Notes under the pieces: generated by a model
The model's database searches: none
The model's input: only the letters and a program-made list of their open reading frames with translations
Told to the model about the DNA's origin: nothing
Part shown: positions 17,401 through 24,900 of the stretch, piece by piece
Layout: each line of letters starts with the position of its first letter
Position numbering within the stretch: the stretch's first letter is position 1
Made by a program: the position numbers and the translations under genes
Assembly (NCBI GenBank): GCA_963832165.1
Contig: CAWHTE010000002.1
Span: 96,001-160,000 of the forward strand
Length of the DNA stretch: 64,000 bases
Reading direction: 5' to 3'
Source: an uncultured delta proteobacterium
GTDB taxonomy: Bacteria > Myxococcota_A > UBA9160 > SMWR01

Positions 17401-18784
17401 GGCGCGTCGCAGCGCCCGCGTCGAGGCCCGCGAGCGTCACCACCTCGGACACGAGAGGACCCGGTGTCGCGAGCGAGGAGCGCTCCTCGCGCAGCTCGGG
17501 GCGTGCCGCGACGAGCACGAGCAGCGGCGAGTCCGTGCTCCACTGCACGAGGTGCTCCGTGAGGTCGAGCAGCAGTGGCTCGGCCCAGTGCAGGTCGTCG
17601 AGCGCGAGGACGACGGGCGCGGCCGCCGCGAACGCGCCGAGGAATCGCCGCACGACGAAGAACGTCTCCTCGGGCGGCGCGGGCGTGCCCGCGAGCAGCG
17701 CGCCGATGCCCCCCGCGATCCGGTCGCGCTCGGCCTCTTCGCGCGGCAGCACGTCTTCGATCGCCGCGCGTGTGGCCTCGGCGCTCGCAGTGTCCTCGAT
17801 CCGCAAGAGCGCGCGCAGCCCGCGCGCGAGCGGCGAGAACGTGCCGCCGCCCGACGGATCGCAGCGCGCGCTGATCACGGTGGCGCCATCCTCGAGCCGG
17901 CGTGCCACCTCGCCCAGCACTCGCGACTTGCCGAGCCCGGGCGAGCCCAGGATCACCGCGAGCTTGGCGCGCTGCTCGGAAACCGCGGCGTCGTAGACCG
18001 CGCGCAGCCGCCGCAGCTCGCCCTCGCGGCCCACGAACGGCGTGGCCGACGCGCCCGCGGGCCGGTCGAGCGACACGACGCGATAGGCGGCGACCGCCTC
18101 GCTGCGGCCCTTGAGTGCGAGCGCACCGATCGGCGCGAGCGTGATGAGCTCCGAAACGAGGCGACGCGTGGATTCCCCGATCAAGACGTCGCCGTCGTGT
18201 GCGGCCGCTTGCAGGTGCGCGGCGACGTTGAGCGGGTCGCCGATGCCGGCCGCGTAGTCGTCGGAGACGACCACCTCACCCGTGTTCACGGCGACACGCA
18301 GGCCGACGCGGTCAGTGAGCTGGTTCTGCTCGCGGAACTCGCGGAACGCCTGCTGCACCGCGACCGCAGCACGCACGGCGCGGATCGCGTCGTCTTCGGC
18401 CACGTGCGGCACGCCGAACGCGCACATCACGCCGTCGCCGAGCAGCTGCACGACGGTGCCGCCGTGCGCCTCGATGGGCGTGCGCACGGCGCGGTGGTAG
18501 CGGTCCATCACGCGACTAACGGCCTCGGCGTCGAGGCGCTCCTGCAACGCGGTCGAGCCGATCAGATCCGCGAACACGATCGTGACGACCTTTCGCGAAA
18601 CGGTGTCAGCGGTAGCGGGGGCCGCAGCCGCGCCCGCGAGCGACGCGCCGCACGCGCCGCAGAACTTCATGCCGGGCGCGGACTCGGTGCCGCACACAGG
18701 GCAGCGCGGCGCGAGCGGCTGCCCGCAGCCGCCGCAGAAGCGGTGGCCGGGCGGGTTCGCCGTACCGCAGCTCGCGCAGTCCAA
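5423..18784 (-). CDS. Giant double-zinc-ribbon / class III nucleotide cyclase / STAND ATPase / TPR-like / SnoaL(NTF2)-like repeat protein, paralog A (~4450 aa)
   Basis: CASCG..N....RFCGGCG...CPVCG....KFCGACG; VTIVFADLIGST...GDGVMCAFG...RVAVNTGEV...GDPLNVAA; Walker A GSPGLGKSR; Walker B LDDLHWA; GNPLF; then 12 ~280-aa units. Start placed at TTG 18784 (AAGGAGG SD, aligns with the paralog's MDCASC) rather than ATG 18811. NTF2 assignment is by eye. Confidence 0.88.
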   Translation of the reverse strand: MDCASCGTANPPGHRFCGGCGQPLAPRCPVCGTESAPGMKFCGACGASLAGAAAAPATADTVSRKVVTIVFADLIGSTALQERLDAEAVSRVMDRYHRAVRTPIEAHGGTVVQLLGDGVMCAFGVPHVAEDDAIRAVRAAVAVQQAFREFREQNQLTDRVGLRVAVNTGEVVVSDDYAAGIGDPLNVAAHLQAAAHDGDVLIGESTRRLVSELITLAPIGALALKGRSEAVAAYRVVSLDRPAGASATPFVGREGELRRLRAVYDAAVSEQRAKLAVILGSPGLGKSRVLGEVARRLEDGATVISARCDPSGGGTFSPLARGLRALLRIEDTASAEATRAAIEDVLPREEAERDRIAGGIGALLAGTPAPPEETFFVVRRFLGAFAAAAPVVLALDDLHWAEPLLLDLTEHLVQWSTDSPLLVLVAARPELREERSSLATPGPLVSEVVTLAGLDAGAATRLAANAIGAEELPAAVAGRVLAASEGNPLFVGELVRMLVHDGALVREGDHWTLGVELASLEMPPTIQALLAARIEKLRPEERTVLERAAVVGRQFSRAAVKELLPREAPDLDRQLEALRRSELVESDTGWFLGEPALRFHHALIRDAAYRRLLRNTRAELHARFADWVVKRVGDEAPHDETIGWHLEQAHQHLRELGTIDEQGRALGERASRYLAGAGRRALARDDVPVAASLLGRALERLEPADPARADLALDWCEALLAAGEVGTAGRAIDELGRFTADSPRLAAWHTCFAGERAALTDPKSLRGTADAVAAAAEQLTAAGDAAGEAKAHFVHAIALARLGKVGACEAALDRALAAARRVGDRRRANAVLSGAPLAALWGPSPVTRASGRCLDVVRVLRITSGSPAVEAVALRSQGVLEALRGRSEAARRMIASSRRMVEELGITHRLLQADQFAGQVELIEGDPVAAERCLRTAYDGMRELGLGSDAAQCAAQLGRALLAQDRAAEAEAISHESEALAGDDLQSAIAWRGVRAEALARRGEAERAVELARAAVEIASATDALLFHADARLALAAALRASGRGAEAAAEEARATSLWEAKGATLLVERARREGAHAVEPVAPAPVMRVASARAVRRRVRENAATAAFARLEAAVGARDEAAVSELHSDGFHAIHHPTGTEWGRAEGVKTIRGLMRAENLSYRNEPLATLGDSLALGRPSISASGIPGRLSIGPYEMEEQVVIEVDARGRQLRAEFFKADRLGDAITRLYERYAELLPEGPERVRATATARGVAAWFAPTLDPDRFEQVLAAGVEFVDHRRLIGLPSARNADEVRRGIRVLYDTVSDVHLSANDVLVVTPNALLSRITAAGTNRASGGPYDRQHLHLWLYDADGRLARIEWFDVDDEADALARFDALTGVAPRPTRRVRANTASVQAARQAAAIMNRDIDTLAAQLAEDSHNVDHPTGHTYDRAAQLATMRSVMQNRDLVYRNELLATLGERLALCRVSLSAAGLSRGEFDVGAFGGEEIVTYETNASGLFCRSEAFAIDHLGDALSSLYERYAELLPEGVERDRAAAIAYTVAAMGGWDPDRYAAAYAPSFELVDHRRLATVSARGRDAALEIFRSWFAVAYDMTNRITEIFAAQPDMLVVNGMFAGIARDGGGIFEAPCLSLMVFGTDGLQTRLEIFELEDEAAALARFDALAAATPVARRWRANAATEVVARLTAAIEARDEAATLALHAESFVAVHHPTGLEWDRSGVMSSAQLLWRAQDFSPRTEPLATLGDSLALVQRSISTAGLDWDQGEVGPSALENFVLCEVDPDGRFARAEVFASDHLGNAIGRIYERHAELLPEGPERTRAATIARHQTWGSFDPEHYASSMAPGVEMTDHRILGLFAARGSADMLSQARSWTALGDELAVHADELLDLRATGCAFRATLSGVAREGGGAFEMKFISLLVYGADGLVTHFDIFDVDRRAEALARFEALTAAPPARRVRPNAATAYEARLDAAIAAGDADALSELLAEDDEVIEHWTGATHGRSESLAFYRKQLRVQNLARRYEPLATLGDSLALCWHSVSGSGAAGKTLDVGAFQHKNYQLSEVDSQHRRHRLEVFPADHLGDAIVRLYERYAERCTEAPERTRAAAIARSVAVMVRERPDRWPLAPAIERIDHRTVGVGTVRGADELVRAVRAFFELVDDFEWRWEDIVALRPDALIVRITNVGTLGASGGDFERQLCQLWTFGPDGLLNRWEDWEPEQSADALARLDALTSPPARPARRVRPNAATADAARFEAAMRARDAAAIAAHLADSGECVDHPTGTNYAREQSTGTWLSLARAEGGTYRGVPLATLGDSLALCRMWCGASGIVARNLDIGAYEIETVLLVEVDASGRRRHTDNFASDRLGDGIARLYERYAELQPEGPARMRAGGIARSIAATLGPHLENLDTYAPDVAFRDHRAVISVPSSNGIDEVRRRLQLWYETVDDAVTLFDDILDLRSNAVLVRARERGRDRASSGDYEIAFLLLQVYDAEGRRRVFEIFDADREADALARFDALTAERTRPARRIRPNAATDHAARMTSAYAARDLDAIIASVTETWETVDHTTGATFGLQGLIASSQHLLSAEGPVFHLEPLATLGDSLALSRRSVRGSGFVGRRFDVGPYESEMLQVIEAESGGRARRVEVFAADRLGDAIARLYERYAELAPEGPERARAAALAARIRAFGTYDPETYPATLAPDIQFIDHRILGTSSARGADAVMENLRSWSPLADELALGIDDVLGLRPDAFLTRGRFSGIGRESGGPFERGFLTLVAANGDGLMSRFEVFDDDREVEALARFDALSAPPAPARLFETAATRAVDRFDRAWAARDWQAVAGHNAPGLRYSDRRALMQLELDHEQWIEFTRPLFEMEVSRISQEVLATRGDRLVLTRMRFEGSDGSIGPSETESLGVAEVDDRGDRIALVRFDPDQLDAAYAELDARYAAGEAAEHPAEWAVSSGLGAAFAARDWERYRAFFSPDAVVEDHRILGLGSSSAINAVASVRAMSELRPDAALRYEHIALTDRGVLIAVRWVGSESEGAFELPAVVVLEIGADGRIRRWDAYDPEQIDAARARFAELAAPRAPACLFENTATQNRFLRAWVARDWEAVVACHAPGLRYEDRRSLMRLDLDRDEYLAFIRPLFDMQVSRLSQEWLATRGDRLALTRLRWEGSDGALGPSETESLTVAEVDERGDRIALVRFDADALDAAYAELDRRYAEGEAAEHPAMWARSSGMGRAIASRDWDQFASFFSPDFVRHDHQLLGTGRARSLEKYVAGVRALVEMRPDAFTRRSHMALADRAALIVTSWLGRESEGAFEIPYVLVHEAGPDGRIVREDAYDPEQIDAARARFAELAAPPRLFENAATRAEDRLARAWNARDWEAVVAGHRPGSRYFDRRALVQLELDHEQWIEFTRPLFEMSSSRLSGEPLATRGNRLSLAWVRFEGADGAIGTSEIESLAVVEVDARGERTAMVRFDLAALDAAYAELDARYAAGEAAEHPETQAVVSRLARAIRDRAWDALTTVFSEHLVARDHRPLSGWETMDSAHDYIARIRSMWDLRPDATLRVSHIDVAEGVALAVSTWIGSEAEGAFEIPHIFIYGIERGRIASVDCYDLDHQLDAARARFAELAAPRASARLIETTATRTVDRFGRAWAARDWQAICALNAPELRYSDRRALMQLELDRETFHQFIHPLLEMEESRVFQEVLATRGDRLVLTRMRFEGSDGSIGPSETESLSVAEVDEHGNRIALVRFDPDKLDDAYAELGRRFLAGEAAAFPAPVRWMQMFGQARGAPESDMGAYLAPDFVVHDHSPLGWGTLDRATYIESMKALNALSADTRIRPLHVWLCERGLLRIGLVFGTHEGGAFEQLRVAVFEVDAEGQEHRRDVYALDQLDDARARFAELQPDPLRIPPNAATRLGPRLEEAHLAGDWDAVAALCAPTLEFDDRRRAALLKGDRDMFVASLRFAGPAIRRFNTVLATAGDRLALIHQTFQIRTDGTDVPGVEAEVLSVVEADSEGRMDALVVFDPDDRRAATRELFEREARLESLPAGVVAMYRARLDRDLAACRAALPDEYVFDDHRRTGLGRIEKDEYIASLAALFEQSPDTIFGGLYTIAREEHGFLGIGRRFGTLAEGGEYESIFVALGHYRGGRIVREENFELEDLDVARARFEELRPDPLRIPPNAATRAVDRIWEYYRARAWDDLRALCAPMVFEDRRRQFLTTGDCEMFIENSKLMAATDVALSRTRLATAGDRLTLEKMLWTWDAGAFEIENLHVVEVDSEGHVVAIITFDLDDRHAAFAEMWSRFVPERPVRARSLGVVAFNEHDWEALRSSYLPDAVIHDHRPLSLGVVNRDEYVESVRAWAEMAPDLGVEMLRFFTRNEHGAVFLSRAFGTIPDGGPFENYLIGFQLFEGDRIRRYELYPVDAADEALARFAELCAERE

Positions 18785-18809
18785 CGCGGGCCCTCCTTGG
18801 GGCGGGGCC

Positions 18810-18853
18810 ATTCTAATGGGTACGCCAGTTCCTGGGGTGTGAAGGGGTTCACA
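18810..18853 (-). promoter_or_regulatory. Promoter of paralog A: -10 TAGAAT plus CRP-family-type site 3
   Basis: Minus-strand TAGAAT at 18815-18810; TGTGA-AGGGGT-TCACA at 18838-18853. Confidence 0.8.
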
Positions 18854-18894
18854 GGGCGAGGTAGTTCGATGTTCGAATGACTAGCGGCCTGAGG

Positions 18895-18920
18895 CCGCGG
18901 AAGGCGGGGTCCGCTTTCGC
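18895..18920 (-). repeat. Degenerate REP type 1 remnant between the two giant genes
   Basis: GCCGCGGAAGGCGGGGTCCGC resembles the reverse complement of the REP 3' half and its flank. Confidence 0.45.
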
Positions 18921-18921
18921 G

Positions 18922-21900
18922 TCATTCGCGCTTCGCGCGCAGCTCCTCGAAGCGCGCGCGCGCGGCGGGGAGCTGTTCGAGGTCGTACTGGTCGAAGCGC
19001 AGCACGATGCCGCGCGCGTCGTGCTCGGAGACGGTGATCCAGGGCGTCTCGAACGCGCCGCCGTCGCGCGTGCCGACCCAGGCGCCGATCCAGATCAGTC
19101 CGCGCTGCGACATCTCGGCGTGGTCGAGGCGCAGCTGCGTATCCGGGGCGAGGTCGACGAGCGAGTGGAGCGTCCGTACGTAGTCCGCGGTGCTGCGCAC
19201 CGTCTCCCAGCCGAGCAGGCGGTGGTCTTCGACGACGAGGTCGGGCGCCATGCGCGCCGCGAGCGCATCCCAGTCGCGGAGCGCGAACGCGTCGAGGAAC
19301 GCGTGCATCGTGCCGGCGATGTGCGGGAACGCGGCGGCCTCGCCGGTCGCATAGCGCGCGTCGAGCTCGGCGGTGGGCGAGCGCGGCGTCGCGAGCTCCG
19401 CAAACCGCGCGCGCGCGGCGGAGAGCTGTTCGGGGTCATAGATGTCGTCGTGACCGATGGTCCCGTCCGGCCCGAGCGCGAATACGTTCGTGGAGTGGAC
19501 CTCGAAGGGGTCTTCCAGTTCGTCGGCGACCCAGTGGGTCACGACGAGTGCCGCGCGGTCAGCGAGTTCAACGTGATCGGCGCGCGTGGAGACATCGGGC
19601 CGCAGCTTGATCAGCGTCCGGACGGAGTCGACGATGAGCTTGGAACCGTGCGTGGTTCCGCTTCCCTCGTCGCGGTGATCCTCGCGGATGTAGTCCGGAG
19701 AGAACCGGGAGGGAAGCGCGCCCCAGTTCCGCTCCGAGATCGCGCTCTGCATGCTCGAGATGGCCGCCCACATCTCGGGGTGCTCGGCGGCCTCACCCAC
19801 GGCATAGCGGCGATCGAGCTCGGCATAGGCAGCGTCGAGCGCGTTGGGGTCGAATCGCACGTTCGCCACGCGCTGGCCGTGCGCGTCCACCTCGCACACG
19901 ATCAGCGAATCGATCTCGCTCGGCCCGATCGAGGCGCTTCCGATCGATCCGCCGGCGACTTCGACGAGCATCCGGGAGAGCGCCAGCCGCTCGCCGCGCG
20001 TGGCCAGGATCTCGGACGAGATCCGCGACGTGGCCATGTCGAAGAGCGGCCGCGCGAACTCGAACCAATGCTCGAGACCGATGTCGAGCTGCATCAGGCT
20101 GCGCTGGTCGATGTATCGGAATCCGGGCGCGTAGAGGGCGGTGACGGCCTTCCAGTCGCGCGCCGACCAGGCGAGCGCGAAGCGCTCGATCGACCGCGTC
20201 GCGGCGCTCTCGACCGCTCGTGCCGGGACGGCCGGCGCTTCCACCTCGGCGAATCGCGCGCGCGCGGCGGCGATCTGCTCGAGGCTGTAGTGGTGTGCGC
20301 GGTTGACCTGGCCGTTGCGGCTGAACCCGAACACGGTGACGACGGGAATCTCGAACGCTCCGGCAGCCTGGCTGCCGATCCAGCTGGCCACGAACAACGC
20401 CGCGCGATCGCCGAGCACGACGTGATCCACGCGCAGCGTCACGTCGGGCGCGACGTCGGAGAGCGAGCGCACCGCGGCCACGTATTCCGCGGGTGAATTT
20501 GCACTGCCCCAGCCGAACAGGCGGTGGTCCTCGGCGAAGAGATCCGGGGAGAAGAGCGCCATGATCCGGCCCCACTCACCGGCCTCGAGGACGCCTCGCA
20601 GACTCGCGAGCGCCGTCCACGTCGCGGGATGCTCTGTGGCCTCGCCTGCCCCATAGCGCGCATCGAGCTCGGCGTAGGCCTCGTCGCGCGCGTCCAGATC
20701 GAAGCGAGCACCGGCCACGGCCTTGCCGGCGGGGTTCACCTGCCAGACCGCGAGCGAGGAGATCTCGCTCGGGCCAATCGAGCCATCGGCCACCTCGGTG
20801 CACATCCGGGCCAGCGCGAGCCGATCGCCGCGCGTGGCGATGATTTCCGCCACGACGCGCGACGACTTCATCTCGAACAGGGGGCGCTGGAACTCGAGCT
20901 GCTCTTCGAGGTCGAACTCCAGCTGCACGATCGAGCGGCGGTCGCTCATCCGCATTTCGGGCGCGTAGACCGCGCGCACGGCCTCCCAATCGCGCGCGGC
21001 CCAGGCCTGCACGAACTGGTCGAGCGAGCGCGTCGCGGCGTTCTCGACCAGCCGCGGCGGTGCCACCGGAGCCACGAGCTCGTCCAGGCGCGCGAGTGCG
21101 GCGTCGCGCTCGTCGGCGTCATAGTTCTCCCATTGGGCAAGGCGCCCGTTCGCGTCGAAGACGTAGAGCGCGACGGGATGGCTGCGGAACGGGACGCCTC
21201 TCTGTTCGCCCTCGAGAGTTCTGTGCACGAGCAGCGCGTCGGGGCGCAGCGCGAGGATCTCGTCGGTCGGCGTGGCGGTGAAGGTGATCGACTCTGCCAC
21301 ATCGCGGACCCCGCGGCGGACCGTCACCAAGCCGCGCGCGGAACCCCAGCCGAGCAGACGGTGATCCCGGTATTGCACGTCGAGCGCGAGCAGGTTGGCG
21401 ATCGCATCGGGATCGAGTGGGGCGAGCATCACCGGGATCGCGCGCGCGATCGCAGTGGCGCGTCTGCGCTCAGCGCCCTCCGGCTGCTCGCTCGCATAGC
21501 GCTCGTACAGCTTCGCGATCGCATCGCTGAGGCGATCGACTGCGAAGACCTCGGCGTACGCGATCCGCCCCTGCTCGTCGGCCTCGAGCACGTCGAGCTC
21601 GTCGATCAGATAGGATCCGACGTCGAGCGTTGCGCCCGCGAAGCCGGTCGCCGAGATGGTCCGACGGAACAGGCCGAGCGAGTCGCCCAGGATCGCGAGC
21701 GGCTCGTGCAGGGACTGGGGCTCGCGCGCCTTCATCAGGGAGCGGAAGCTCGCGATCCACCCCTCGCGGTCGAAGGTCGTCCCCGTCTTGTGGTCGAGGA
21801 TCACGGCGCGTTCGGCGACCAGCTCGACCAGGGCGTCGGTGTTGCGCAGCGCGATCGCTTCGTCGACACGCGCGGTGTGTGCAGTCGCCGCATTGGCGGG

Positions 21901-24900
21901 GAGCGGGCGCGACGGTGTCGGTGCCTCTGTGAGCTCCTCGAAGCGCGCTAGCGCCTCGTCGCGGCGGTCGACGTCGAGCCACTCGACGAAGGTCGCGAGA
22001 CCGTGGGCGCCGAACACCCGCAGCGACAGGTATTGGGCCTCGTAGGCGCCCCCACTCGCGCGGTCCGTTCCGCTCTCGTGCCATTCGATCAGGAGCCTCT
22101 CGGGCCGCACCGCGACGACATCAACGACGTCGAAGGTCAGGTCCGCGACGGTATCGAACCAGATGCCGATTCCGCGGTGTACCGCGTCTGCGCCGCGCGT
22201 CGTTCCGAGCGACACCACGCTGCGCCGGTCGCGGAAGATGACGTCGCGAGCGAAGATCGTGGCGAAGCGTTCGGCGTCCGCAGGTCCGTGCCACACCGCG
22301 AGCGTGCGCGCGGTAGCCGCTGCGCGCGTGCGCTCGGGGCCTTCGGGCAGCAGCTCGACATGGCGCTCGTACAGCCGCACGAGCGCGTCGCCGAGCCGGT
22401 CGGACGCGAAGATCTCGCAGTGCGTCAACCGACCCGCGGCGTCGACGTCGAAGATGGTGATGTTCTCGAGCTCGTAGGGTCCGACGTCGACGGTCTCCCC
22501 CGTGAATCCGCTCGCAGCGGCGCTCGTGCGACACAGCGCGAGCGAGTCGCCGAGCGTGGCGATCGGCTCGGTGCGGTGGACCGGATCGCGCGCGCGCAGG
22601 AGCGAGCGCCAGCTGTCCAGCATGCCCTGCCGGCCGAACTCCGTGCCGGTCGAGCGATCGACGAACTCGCAGGGATCGGCGAGGGTTTCGTCGAGCCCCT
22701 GGAGGTCGCGCGCCGCGATCGCGGTATCGAGCCGCGCCGCGTAGGCGCTCGCGGTGTTCGGCCGCACGCTGCGTCTCGGCGGCGTCGGCTCGGCAACCAG
22801 CGCGTCGAAACGCGCGAGCGCGTCGTCCGCGTGCTCGGCGTCGAACTGCTCGACGCGAGACACGAGGCCCGCGGCATCGAAGATCCAGATGAAGATGAAC
22901 CTGCGCTCGAACGTGCTCCCGCTCGCGCGCAGGGTGCCCCTGCTCGTGGATCGACACAGAAGGGCGTTGGACCGCACATCGATCACGTCGTCCATCCGGA
23001 AGACGACGCCGTCAGCGATCTCAGCGAGCTTTCGCGCCCAGTCGAGAAATGCCGCGGCACCCCGGATCGAGCCGATTCCGACCAGGCTCCGGTGGTCGAC
23101 CCACTCGACATCCGGCGCGAAGAGCGCTGCGCTTCGCGCGAGATCCATCGGCCCCGTGATGACCGTGATCGCGCGCGCAATCGCCAGGCATCTCGCGCGT
23201 CCGGGGCCGGGCGGCTCCAGCTCGGCGTAGCGCGCGTACAGGCGTGCGATCGCGTCGCCGAGGCGATCTTCCGAGAAACTCTCCGCTCGCGAGCGGCGGC
23301 CCTCGCGGTCGGCCTCGATCAGCACGAGGTGGTGGTTCTCGTAGGCGCCGACGTCGAAGCCCCCGCTCTCGAGAGCGCTCGCGGACGCGGACACGTGCAG
23401 GAGTGCGAGCGAGCCGCCGAGCGTGGCCACCGGCTCGTGTGCAGTCTTCGGATCGCGCGCCTTCATGTGGATCTGGAACGAGGTGAGCGCGCCCTGGCGA
23501 TCGTACGTGATGCCGGTCGGGTGATGGATATGGAGCGTATCGTCCGTGAACACCTGCTCGGCCGCAGACAGGTCGCGTGCTGCCATGGCAGCGTCGTAGC
23601 GCGCGCCGTTGGCAGTAGCGGCGTTGGGCCGCACGCGCCGCGCCCGGCGGCGCGGCGCGGCGGTGAGCTCGTCGAAGCGCGCGAGCGCCTCCTGCTCCTG
23701 GGTCAACTCGAAGAGCTCGAGGCGCGTCTGCAAGCCGTCGCTGCCGAAGACCATCAGGGAGATGGAGGGCGATTCGAAGCGACCGCCTCCGTCGCGCGCG
23801 GTCCCGGCAAACATCGTGCGCACGAGCAGCGCACTCGGACCCAGCCCGAGGATTTCATCGATGTGGTTCTCGATGTCGTCGGCGACCGCGAACCAGGAGC
23901 GGAACATCTCCAGCACGGCCTCGGGGCCGCGCGCGAAGAAGCTGCCGAGCTTGCGGCGGTCCACCATCTCGATCGCGGGCGAGTAGGCCGCCGTATAGCG
24001 CTCGAGGTCGTAGCCGCCCACCACGACCGCCCCAACCGAGCGCGCGGTCGAGGCAGCGCGCGCGCGCTCGGGGCCTTCGGGCAGGATCTCGGCATAGCGT
24101 TCGTATAGGCGCGTGACGGCGGCGCCGAGGCGGTCCGGCGCGAATCGCTCGGCGTAGCGCTGAAGGCCTTCCGCGTTGCTCTCGCTCAGCGTGAACATCT
24201 CGTTTGCGAAATCGCCGACATCGATCTGGGAGCTCTTGACTCCGCTCGCGGAGGTCGCGATCCGAGCCAGTGCGAGCGAGTCGCCCAGCGTTGCGAGCGG
24301 CTCGACCCGGTAGGACAGGTCGCGGCCCGCGAGCACGGCGTGCAGGCTGGCGAGGATCTCGCGCCGGCCGTAGGTGATGCCGACCTCGTGATCGAGCACC
24401 TCCGTGTCGTCGCTGTAGAGCGCAGCGATCTCCTCTTCGTCTCGTGCGGCGACTGCGCGCTCCACGCGGGCCAGGTGCGTGGTCGCCCCATTGGGTCGCA
24501 CGCGGCGCGCAGGGCGGGCCGACGGCGAGGTCGACGCGTCGAAGGCCGCGAGCGCCGCGTCGATCTGATCCGGCTCGAACATCTCGAAGCGCGCGAGCCG
24601 CCCGTCGGGGCCCGCGACCGAGAGCGAGAGGTAGGGGCGCTCATAGGCGCCGCCGCTCGCGCGCAGGGTGCCGAAATTGGTCTGGCGGACCAGGCACGCA
24701 TCCGGTCGCAGCGCGAGGATGTCGTCGAAGCGGTTCGCGGCGTCCGGGGCGAGCTCGAGCAGCGATCGAACCGCGTTCAGGAAGAGCTCCGGTCCGCGCC
24801 CTTGTCCGGCCCCGACGGTGCGGTGATCGAAGCTCTCGATGTCCGGCGCCAGGCTCGCGGCATACCGCTCGGTATCGACCCGCCCCACGTTGTTCGCCAC

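Noticed and set aside
18785..18811. ATG at 18811 as the start of paralog A
   Set aside because: It lies inside the TAGAAT -10 element. TTG at 18784 has an AAGGAGG SD and aligns with the paralog's Met.
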